This document shows, in pieces, positions 1 through 10,515 of a stretch of 64,000 nucleotides of DNA (position 1 is its first letter; the number at the start of each line of letters is the position of its first letter). The position numbers and the translations under genes are program-made. The stretch is taken from assembly GCA_963693365.1 (NCBI GenBank), contig CAVNZM010000001.1, positions 1,334,562 to 1,398,561 on the forward strand, given 5' to 3'. Under the pieces are notes generated by a model, which worked only from the letters and a program-made list of their open reading frames with translations, did no database searches and was not told the origin of the DNA. Origin of the DNA: Amoebidium appalachense. Its lineage: Eukaryota; Protista; Ichthyosporea.

Positions 1-44
1 CTACTCCTCTGTTACTCCTCCATTATTTCTCATCAATAAACTAT

Positions 45-310
45 TCCTTCGTTAATCATTCTTTGATGAACTAGTTCTATTCTTTCGTTAATCATTCTTC
101 GATGAACTAGTTCTATTCTTTCGTTAATTATTCTTCGATGAACTAGTTCTATTCTTTCGTTAACCATTATTTAATCAACCAGTTCTACTCTTCCGTTAAT
201 CATTCTTGGACCTACTAGTTCTACTCTTCCGTTAATCACTCTTCGATCTACTAGTTCTACTTTTCCGTTAATCATTCTTTGATACACTAGTTCTTTTCAT
301 CTTCATCGAT
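45..310 (+). repeat. ~36-bp degenerate tandem repeat (CTAGTTCTATTCTTTCGTTAATCATTCTTCGATGAA)
   Basis: About 7 copies visible; the same family recurs at 6680-7430. Confidence 0.8.
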
Positions 311-320
311 CTTAGTCCCC

Positions 321-790
321 ACCTATAATACCTAATACCCCCCCCCCCCCCCCCGACGCTCTCTGTAGTACGACGATTTTTAGTTTAGCTATAATACCTA
401 ATACCCCCCCGGTCACACCTATAATACCTAATACCCCCCCCCGCCCCCCCCCGACGCCCTCTGTAGTACGACGATTTTTAGTTTAGCTATAATACCTAAT
501 ACCCCCCCAACGTCTTCTGTGGGGTTCGCTATTTTAAATCTTAAGAGTCTAATCTATTGAAATCTCTCACTAATGCCATACTATACTTTCCGAGCCCCAT
601 TTATTTAAACACGAGTATAATACCTAATACCCCCCCCGACGTCTTCTGTTGTTCGATAATTTGTAGTTTACCTATAATACCTAATACCCCCCCGGTCACA
701 CCTATAATACCTAATACCCCCCCGACGCCTTCTGTAGTACGACGATTTTTAGTTTAGCTATAATACCTAATACCCCCCCGACAATACCTA
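321..790 (+). repeat. Composite tandem repeat built on CTATAATACCTAATACCCCCCC plus GACGCCTTCTGTAGTACGACGATTTTTAGTTTAG
   Basis: About 8 copies of the ATAATACCTAATAC(C)n core with alternating linkers. Confidence 0.8.
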
Positions 791-1965
791 GCTCCCCCGA
801 TCACCCCCGGTGCTCTACTCTTATACTAGGTATCCAGGGGAACAGACACTCTTCTCTACTCTTATACTAAGCTTTCGTCAGGATATAAGATGAAATTTAA
901 TATCCTAAATCCAGATAGTCGTAAAATGTCAAATTTAAGATTTTAGCGGATCAAGAATTGGGATTAATAAAAATCTTAAACAGTTATAAATTTGATTTAT
1001 TAAAAAATAGGAAAGAGAAAGGATGAAAAACCAATTGCTGTGAGGGCGTAAATCTCCTAGAGGTAGGCTAGACAAGCTACCAGTATTTAGATTAGAATCT
1101 AAATGTGTATGGAACTATTTGTTGATTATTCTCCTATTAACTATGTTAATGTAATATTATTATTATTATATTTGCCTCTCCGAACTGAGAGGCTAGTTCT
1201 TACTAAAGCTATTATTCTTCTTAGTAAGAAATGGTTCAAGAGTACTCAAGTACTTTTGTAGATTTTCGAAAACTTATCTTAAATTATGCTTTCCCTTGCC
1301 TTTCTTTAATTCTTTATTTTATCTTTGCTATCTTATTAACTCTTTTTTATCATATTCTTTTCCCACTTATTAAAACTACTTTTTACTACCATAAATTAGT
1401 AAAAGATGATACAGGTAAACAATACTCGTATTATAGTACTATCGCTGTGGAAATAGTACGAAACTTCTTCGTTAATATTAATGAAGAGACATTCATCTAG
1501 TGTACATAAAAAAGGAAATAACCAAAAGTAAATAGATTTAGACGTTATAAGAGATACTAAAATCGAATGGTATGTCATATAAATTTATGAAATAAGTATT
1601 TAAGAGCTTTATAAAAGGAAGATGGTAAAGACTGCTTGGAGACTCAGGAGCTAATTGCAACGGGGGAATTAGTGCTTTACCGGAACTTATGTATATAGGG
1701 GTACATATGCCTTGTTTAACCAAATCAAATTAATATTCAATTGGTTAATTCTATAAAGGGAATAAATATTTATTTTATAGGGCTAGAGCTACTTAAAGAA
1801 GGTTATTTCCTTTAGGTAAACCCCTAATTAGAAAAGGTTCCCCGCCCTTTGCATCGAGGAAAGAAATAATATTCTCAGGTGCATGAAACCCAAAAGTACC
1901 CCTCCTACCATCCAAAAATATCCCTCCCAAGATTCTCTACTTACATGCCTAGAGTAAGGAGTAGA

Positions 1966-2059
1966 GGAGAGGGGGCGAGGTGAAGAATTATCTCTAGGGG
2001 GCCCCTGTAACTAGTTACAGGGGCCCTCTAGAGATAATTCATCTCCTCGCCCCCTCTCC
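1966..2059. repeat. Palindromic junction of two terminal motifs with central perfect palindrome TGTAACTAGTTACA
   Basis: GGAGAGGGGGCGAGGTGAAGAATTATCTCTAGGGGGCCCC-TGTAACTAGTTACA-GGGGCCCTCTAGAGATAATTCATCTCCTCGCCCCCTCTCC; the arms are reverse complements with about 3-4 mismatches. Confidence 0.9.
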
Positions 2060-2791
2060 CCTTCTTCTTTATCAAGCTTCCGTCAGGATATAAGATGAGA
2101 TTTGGAATCCTAAATCCAGAATATGTCAATTTTAGGAAAATGTCATTTTTAGGTGATCAAGAATTGGATTTTATTGAAGCAATGAGATTCTAAAAATTTA
2201 AATTAACTTTTTTATTTGAGGATAAGAGGGAATTCAGTACCGTGTTTTAATAGCACATCTAGAGTTAAATTATTCAAAATTATAATAGGAGTATCATGGA
2301 AGGTTATCCTTCAATCTTAGGAGTAGAAAAGAGGGGATGTGAAGAAGTAAATACGAGTATTTTACTCTCATTTCAAGCTTTCAGGTAAGATGAAAATAAA
2401 AATACTAACTACAGAGAATGTTAAAATGTCAATTTTAGATGCATAAGATTGAAATTTATGGAACCAATAAAAATCTTAAATATTTATTAAAAATTTAATT
2501 AACTTATTTATTATGAATAATATGGAATTTAGTACCATGATGATAGTATATTAGGAGCAAAATTAAAATACTAAAACCAGCAAATGGTAAAATCTATTTT
2601 AAAGAGTGATGATTTTGAAAATCGGAGTTTTAGTAAAGCAGGAATTGGATTTTATGAAATCAATAAGAGTTTAAATGTAATGAAAGAAGAATGTACTCTG
2701 ATAATAGTACATTAAGAGTAGAATTAAATTATTCAATAGTATAATAGGAGTATAATTGAATAATACTATTCAATAGTAGGAAAGAGAAAGG

Positions 2792-3193
2792 ATGTGTAAT
2801 ATAGTTAATGTAATAAAAATTGTAACAAATATAGCATTAGTAGGTATAGAAGTTTTAATAGTAATGTTTAACACGAGTGGACGAAGTAGAAGTAGAAGTA
2901 ATTGGGTTTATAAAATTACAATAAGGATAAAAGGAGTAGGTCGAATCTCAGGATTCGAAAGGGATCAATGAGGAAGAGTAATAGGATTAACAGGAGAATA
3001 TGGACAGTTAATCATGGAGGATATATTAGTAGCTACAATAAGATTGATGGATAGAGAGAAAAAGGGAATGGAACGAGTAGAGTTAAAAATTTGAGCACCT
3101 CTAGGAATGATCATTTTAGTTGGGGCTCAAGATTTATTAGCTGTTTACTTAGCAATAGAAGCTCAAAATTTAGCTTTCTATACTTTTGTTTGA
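2792..3193 (+). pseudogene. nad2: Decayed mitochondrial nad2 N-terminal fragment
   Basis: 3103-3190 translates GMIILVGAQDLLAVYLAIEAQNLAFYTFV, matching the Nad2 D-L-x-x-x-Y-L-A-I-E-x-Q-x-L-x-F-Y motif. The upstream part is broken and homologous to 43834-44190. Confidence 0.7.
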
Positions 3194-3959
3194 ATAATTT
3201 ATTTTCTCTTAATAATATTAGGTTTTTATTTTACATCTTCTCTAATTTTTATTCCTAGGATAAGATTTTATAATTTTATGTACTTAGGATGAGATTCTTT
3301 ATTACCTTTTTCATTAGCTTGTTATTTATTTTGTATTTTTTCTCTCATCTAATCTTATTTTTTCTTATTCTTGATTTTTCTATTTGAGCAGCTCCTTTTA
3401 CTAAGCAAATTATTATTCATATGAGCTTAGTAAGAGATAGTACTATAGTTTATACTTAGTACTAATAAATTCTTTTGGTAAAACAGAAGAGACATTCATC
3501 TAGTGTATATAAAAAGGGAAATAATTGGAAGTAGGCAGTTCGAGACGTTTTAAGAGATACTAACTAGTATGTCTTTTAACTTTATGAAATAGGTATTTAA
3601 GAACTTGATAAAAGGAAGATGATAGATATTGTTTAAAGACTCAGACCATTCAGATCACTCAGATCATTCAGGTCACTCAGATCTTTAAGACGCTATTTGC
3701 AACGGGGGAAATAGTGCTTTATCGGAACTTATGTATATAGGGGTACATATGCCTTGTTTAACTCACTCAGATTCATATTCGATAAGTTAATTCTATCAAG
3801 CAATTAAATATTTATTTTATAGGGCTAGAGCTACTTACTTCTAATTATATCCTTTAGATAAACCCATGAAAAATAAAGGTTCCCCGCCCTTTGTTTCAGA
3901 GATAGAAATAATATTCTCAGGTGCATGAAACCCTAAACTAGGGTCCCAGAATCTCCACC

Positions 3960-4620
3960 CTACCCCTCCCTATTTACATGTTCCACCTACTCCTCATACT
4001 TACACCTCATACTTATTCCTCATACTTACTCCTCTCACCTACACCTATCTATTAATGTTCCCACCTACTCCTCATATTTACTCCTCCCACCTACTCCTCA
4101 TACTTACTCCTTTCACCTACACCTATCTATTAATGTTCCCACCTACTCCTCATATTTACTCCTCCCACCTACTCCTCATACTTACTCCTTTCACCTACAC
4201 CTCCTATTGATATGTTCTACTTACATGTCCCACCTATTCTGCATACTTACTTCGCATACTTACACCACATACTTACACCTCATATTAACATGTCCCACCT
4301 ACTCCTCATATTTACTCCTACCTATTTAGTGTTCCCACCTACTCCATTTATTTACACCTCCTATTTACTCCTCTTACACCTTCCACCTACTCCATCTATT
4401 GATATATCCTACTTACATGTTCCTACTTACTCCTATCTATTTAATGTTCTATTTACTCCTCATACTTACTCCTCATCCATCTCCATACTAGGTTACTTGC
4501 TTCTTAATTCCTCTTCACTCATACGCATACTAGGTGAATTGACTCTTTACTTCTCTTCATCCATCTGCATACTAAGTTACTTGCTTCTTTACTTCTCTTC
4601 ACTTATACAAGGTTAATTTG
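3960..4620 (+). repeat. CT-rich degenerate repeats (CCCACCTACTCCTCATACTTACT; CTTCTCTTCATCCATCTGCATACT)
   Basis: Multiple visible copies; the second motif recurs inverted at 9410-9780 and directly at 32650-32830. Confidence 0.7.
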
Positions 4621-4659
4621 TAAAGTTCTCCTTACTCATACAAGGTTAATTTGTAATCT

Positions 4660-6620
4660 GGTGATTCCAAGAATCTCGCAAGAGCTTTCTCGTTAAGATA
4701 CTTTCTTATGCTTTGAAATCTAGAGGTTTTAAGAGTCTCAGTAGAGCCTTATCGCTAAGGAACTTCCTTATGCTCTTGTCATCATACTACGACAAGCTCG
4801 TTGGGACTCGCAATGCTGTTGTGTAATTAAATAGATAGTATTTATGCTACGATATGAAAGCTTGTTAACTTAAACTAGCTTGGTACTGTGTACCTGTGCG
4901 CAAGGCAATTAGCCTAAGCTCGTTTAGGAGGGTATCCCTGTGCGCAAGACAAATTGGTTAAGCTCGCTTAGTACTGTGTACCTGTGCATAAAGCGATTTG
5001 ACTAAGTTTGCTTGGTACTGTGTACCTGTGCGCAAGGCTATTAGCTTAAGCTAGCTTGAAATGGAATCCCTGTGCTTGTGCGTAATGCTATTCGCTTAAG
5101 CTAGGTCGGTACTGTGTACCTTTGTGTAATGCTATTTGCCTAAGCTAGCTTGGGTTTATGCGAACGTCTTGCATGGGTTGATCGTTGGTGCGAACGTATT
5201 GGGTGGATCGTTGGTGCGAACATATTGTTGATGCGAACGTATTGGGTTGATGCGAACGTCTTGGGTTGATGTAAACTTCTTGCGTTGGTCGTCATGATGT
5301 AAAAGTGTAACAGCTCTCAGACAGCCATCATCTGGGTATTCTCGTCATGAACTCGCAACTCATCGAGTACTCGCAGAGTTCTTACTACTCTAACAGGACG
5401 AGAGTCTCTGAAGAGCCTTCTTGCTAAGAGAAAAGTCTTATGCTCTTGTAATATTCTCCTTACTCGTACAAGGTGAATTGGTAATCTTGTGATTACAAGA
5501 GTCTCTGCAGAGCTTTCTCGCTAAGATAAAAGTCTTATGCTATTATCATCATACGACGACAAGCTCGTCTAGAACTCGTAACTCGCAGATGTTTTATGGT
5601 GAGCTATCTCTTGATAGAACGTCTTGCGTAGGTCGTTATGCATTAGTGTAATTTCTTACGTTGGTGCGAACGTATTGGGTTAATGTGAACATCTTGCCTT
5701 GGTCGTTATGCCTTAGTGTGATTTCTTACGTTGGTGCGAACGTCTTGCGTAGGTCGTCATGCCTTGATGCGAACGTTTTGGGTTGGTCGTTATGCTTTAG
5801 TGTGATTTTCTTGCGTTTATCGTTGGTGCGAAAGTTTTGGGTTGGTCGTTATGCTTTAGTGTGATTTTCTTGCGTTTGTCGTTGGTGCGAACGTATTGCG
5901 TTGGTCGTCATGCCTTTATATAAACTTCTGGCTAAGAGAAAAGTCTTATGCTCTTGTCATTATACGACGACAAGCTCGTCATGAGACTCTCTAAAGAGCC
6001 TTATCGCTAAGAGAAGAGTCTTATGCTCTTGTCCTTATACGACGACAAGCTCGTTGTGAGAGTCTCTAAAGAGCCTTATCGCTAAGGAACTTATGCTTTT
6101 GGAAAATTCTCCTTACTCGTACAAGGTGAATTTGGACTCTGAGGAGCCCAAGAGTCTCAGTAGAGCTTTCTCGCTAAGAGAAAAGTCTTATGCTCTTATC
6201 CTCATACGACGACAAGCTCGTATTAGTACTCGCAACTCGCAGATGTTTTCTGGTGAGCTATCTCTTGATAGGATGTTTATAGGTGGAAGGTTTCTTGGAT
6301 TGGTCGTCATGGGTTGATGCGAACGTCTAGGGTTGGTTGTTATGGGTTGATGCAAACGTCTAGGGTTGGTTGTTATGGGTTGATGCAAACGTATTGGGTT
6401 GATGCGAACATCTTGGATTAGTTATCATGCCTTGATGGGAATGTCTTAGATTGGTTGTTATGGGTTGATGCGAACATATTGGGTTGGTCTGGTCGTTAAT
6501 GGGAATTTCTTGCGTTGATGCAAACGTCTTGCATTGATGTAAACTTCTTGCGTTGGTCGTCATGATGTAAACTTCTTGCGTGGGGTCTCAGTAGAGCCTT
6601 ATCGCTAATAAACTAATTTA
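4660..6620 (+). repeat. Mosaic of dispersed repeat families: ~58-bp double-hairpin motif, ~40-44-bp AAGCTAGCTT/TGCGCA motif, GATGCGAACGTCTTG motif
   Basis: Many near-identical copies, e.g. GAGCTTTCTCGCTAAGAGAAAAGTCTTATGCTCTTGTCATCATACGACGACAAGCTCG. Confidence 0.85.
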
Positions 6621-6679
6621 TGCTTTTGAATCTCATAAATTATCAACTATTGATCAATTTATTTTTCATAAATCATTAA

Positions 6680-7430
6680 TCAACTTCTCCTCCGTTAATC
6701 ATATCTCGATCTACTAGTTCTACTTTCCGTTAATCGTTTCTTGATCTATTAGTTCTCCTCTTCTGTATACCATCATTAATCTACTATTCATCCGTAAATA
6801 TTTCTAGCTCAACTAATTCTCCTTATCCATCAATTCTCATCACTCTATTAATCCTTCTCCTTCGTTTATTGTTTCTTGATCCAATAGTTCTCCTCTTTCG
6901 TTAATTATTTTTCAATCAACTAGTTCTCTTCATCTGTAAATCGTCATCAATTTACTACTTCCCCGTTAATTATTCTTCAATTAACTAGTTCTCTTCATCT
7001 GTAAATCAGCATTTCTTCGATCAACTAGTTCATCTGTCAAGCGACTACTCCTTCATTAACCATTTTGGATCTACTAGTTCTACTCTTCCATTAACCATTT
7101 TGGATCTACTAGTTCTACTCTTCCAGTAACCATTTTGGATCTACTAGTTCTACTCTTCCATTAATCATTCTTAGATCAACTAGTTCTATTCTTCCGTTAA
7201 TCTTTCTTAGATCCACTAGTTCTATTCTTCCGTTAATCTTTCTTAGATCAACTAGTTCTCTTCATTTGTAAATCATCATCTTCATCGATCCACTAGTTCC
7301 CATCATCAATCAAATACTCCTCCGTAGATCCTCATCGATCAACTAGTTCTCATTATCAATCTAATACTCCTCGGAGATCCTCATCATCAATCGAATACTC
7401 CTCCGTTGATCCTCTTCGATCAACCATTTC
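6680..7430 (+). repeat. ~34-36-bp degenerate tandem repeat (GATCTACTAGTTCTACTCTTCCGTTAATCATT)
   Basis: About 18 degenerate copies; same family as 45-310. Confidence 0.8.
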
Positions 7431-7869
7431 TCCTTTAATCCTTACTTGACTCAAATAGATTTACTCTAATTATACAGATTCTTTCTAATTAAGCAGGCTC
7501 ACCAGATTCACTCTATTCAAACAGATGGAATTAGGTCTCTCTACGAAGACCGCGTGAACGAGTATTCTTAAATTTTTGGCTCCGATTATTAATAGATGAA
7601 CCAAGGTTTTTCTTTTATTCAATAACGCTCACCCCGCAACCTACTCATAGTACGTTATAAGAAAGTATCCTTTTTCTACAGTCTATTGTTAAATAAGCGG
7701 ACTTCAGGTATTAGCTTTGAGAATACGTTATGTAATATACTTCCTCTTACGAGTCTGCGGCACACGGTATTAATTGATACCAAAGAATAGTCTAATAGCT
7801 ATTATACACTATTAAACTTACAGTCTATAATAATCATAGTACTATGAATCCAAACTAGCTTAAGCTCCC

Positions 7870-8072
7870 ACTTAAGAGCGGACTATCTCTTTAATACAAT
7901 TAAATTGAGTAGTGAAAAGTATTGTTTTGCGTATAGTCTCGAAGGATACTACTCATATCTATCTATTTTGGTTTCCTGCTGATTGTCCATTGTTACATCT
8001 TTAAGGTTATTAATTGCAATAAATACCAAAAAACTTAAAGCTTTAGGCGTCTCAGTATATCGCAAGATTTAA
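7870..8072 (-). ncRNA. Group I intron catalytic core remnant
   Basis: Minus strand has, in order, a P-like element (8050-8070), Q AATCAGCAGG (7975-7984), R TCGAGACTATA (7932-7942) and S AAGAGATAGTCC (7880-7891). Homologous to 25135-25345. Confidence 0.75.
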
Positions 8073-8169
8073 ATGGCGCATCAAGAGTAGTAGCTGTCTT
8101 AATAAAATTATACCTATGATCTGTTTCAGAGTACCGTACCTGGTACTCCTAAATCGATAGAAAAATTTA

Positions 8170-8255
8170 GTATCTACTACTATTAATTCAACATGGATTA
8201 CTACGAAGAAAGTTGTTCCTAATAATCCTCCAAATGCATCTGCTTTAATAAACAG
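8170..8255 (-). pseudogene. cox1: cox1 N-terminal fragment
   Basis: Translates AFGGLLGTTFFVVIHVEL, compared with Cox1 helix I GAFAGxxGTxxSxLIRxEL. Homologous to 24509-24600. Confidence 0.5.
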
Positions 8256-8479
8256 TAAGTACTTTAAAAATTTTAAAGATTACTGCAATAGCCATGAGAC
8301 GCTTCATCTGCGAGTTAGTACTAGAGTCTCAGTAGAGTCACCGCTCGTTTAGTATTCTGATGCTTCCTTCATTTATCTTCAATCAATCCAAAAGAGGTGT
8401 TCTGATGTTTTTCATGACAAAAGAACATTGTGAGTCCCAACGAGTTGAGAGTTCGTACTAGAGTTTCAGTAAATTAGTA

Positions 8480-9780
8480 GCCGACGCTCAACTCGCATTA
8501 GAGTAGTAAGAACTCAACGAGTTTAGAATCCCAGGCTACAAGAGTCTCAGTAGAGCTTTCTCGCTTAGAGAAAAGTCTTATGCTCTTGTCATCATACGAC
8601 GACAAGCTCATTTAGTACTCGCATTAGAATAGTAAGAATTCAACAAGTTTGGAATCCCAGGTTACAAGAGTCTCTTTTGAGTCGCCGCTTGTTGTGAGCG
8701 TCTCTGCAGAGCTTTCTCGCTAAGAGAAAAGTCTTATGCTCTTGTCTTCATACGACGACAAGCTCGTCTAGGACTCGCAACTCGCAATTCACCTTGCATA
8801 CAGAGATACCATCCAAAGCTAGCTTAAGTTAATAGCCTTCCACATAGGGATACCATCTCAAGTTAATTTAAGCTAATAGCCTTACACACAGGTACACAGT
8901 ATCAAGCTAGCTTAGGCCATTTGCCTTGCACACAGGGATACAATCCCAAGCTAGCTTAGGCCATTTGCCTTGCACACAGGGATACAATCCCAAGCTAGCT
9001 TAGGCCATTTGCCTTGCACACAGGGATACAATCCCAAGCTAGCTTAGGCCACTTGCCTTGCGCACAGGGATACAATCCCAAGCTAGCTTAAACTATTGCC
9101 TAACCCCGTCCGATCGCCTAGTTTAAGTTAACAAGCTTTCATCTCGTAGCATAACTACTATCTATTCAATTACAAAACAGCATTGCGCGTACCAACGAGC
9201 TTATCGTCGTATGAGGACAAGAGCATAAGACTCTTCTCTTAGCGAGAAGGCTCAAGCAAGACTCTCGTGCTGTTAAAGTAATAATAACTCTGCGAGTAGT
9301 AAGCGAGTTACGAGTTCACAATGAGTTTGGGCTCCTCAGAGTCCAAAAGCATAAGTTCCTTAGCGATAAGGTTCTTTAGAGACTCTTGTAATTTAAGGAT
9401 TGCCAATTCACCTTGTATGGGTATGCAAATGGATGAAGAGACAGGTCACCTGGGATGTGTATGAGTGAAGAGAAGTAAAGAGTTAATTCACTTAGCATGC
9501 AGATACGTATGCAGATGGATGAAGAGAAGTAAAGAGTTTATTCACTTAGTATGCATATGTAAATGGATGAAGAGACAGGTCATTTGGTATGGAGATGGGT
9601 GAAGATAAGAGATAGGTCACCTGGGATGTGTATGAGTGAAGAGAAGTAAAGAGTTAATTCACTTAGTATGCAGATGTGTATGCAGATAGGGGAATAAAAG
9701 AGACAGGTCACCAAGTATGCGTATGCAGATAGGTGAAGTGAAGAGACAGGTCACCTGGGGTGCAGATGAGGGAAAAGAAG
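8480..9780. repeat. Repeat mosaic, including a 44-bp tandem array at 8905-9090; 8790-9780 is an inverted counterpart of 4480-5150
   Basis: CAATCCCAAGCTAGCTTAGGCCATTTGCCTTGCACACAGGGATA x4; 9118-9200 is the reverse complement of 4796-4880. Confidence 0.8.
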
Positions 9781-10126
9781 TTGAAAAGCAAAGAAAACCT
9801 TAGGAAAATCCCTAATTATTTAGTTAAAATGCCTTGTAAAAGCTGAAAATTATGGGTCCCGGATCTCTGATGCAAAGGGAGGGGGGAATTGTTCTAATTA
9901 TGGCATCATCTAAAGGAAATAATCTTCTGTAAGTAGCTCTAGCACTATAGAAAAAATATTTCCTCCCTTTATAGAATTAACCAATTAAACATTAATTTAA
10001 TTTAGTTAAACAAGGCATGTGTACCCCTATATACACAAGTTCCAATAGAGCACTAATCCCCCCGTTGCAATTAGCGTCCCTGTAACATTAGTTACCAAGA
10101 AATCTCTATCATCTTCCTTTTATAAA

Positions 10127-10475
10127 GGTTTTATTTGTGGAAATTATTGACATAAATATTTTTCTGGGTAAACACGTAGGATGGGTGTTCGATACCAACA
10201 TAACCATGTAGGCTTCATTTCGTGTTTTAGCAGTTAGCGGTTGGCTGCCCGCACACGGGCACCTATTAGCCAGTCAAAACATCAGATACCACAGATCACT
10301 AGACCGAGTTATGATTGGCTCGGATCAGATTTCACATATCACTAGATCGATTTTTGATTGGTTCAGATCGGTAGGCTTAGGTATATAAGCACGACAGTTT
10401 TTAGCAGATCAGCAAGCTACAAACACATCTTCTGTGTTTAGCATCCACAGCCTTACAGCTATATATTCCTTTTCA
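10127..10475 (+). repeat. Ngaro repeat A1 (349 bp)
   Basis: Near-identical to 21475-21823. Contains several ATTGG (CCAAT) boxes and GTATATAAG upstream of gag. Confidence 0.95.
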
Positions 10476-10515
10476 TTCCTTTTCATTCTCCCTATCTTTC
10501 CCTACGCCGGTCAGC

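Noticed and set aside
1231-1500. Hydrophobic 89-aa ORF (also 43589-43897 and 4212-4616)
   Set aside because: AT- or CT-rich low-complexity sequence; homologous blocks in other modules do not keep the frame.
5900-6240. Hairpin direct repeats resembling a CRISPR array
   Set aside because: Intervening sequences are themselves repeats, spacing is irregular, both orientations occur, there are no cas genes and the context is eukaryotic.
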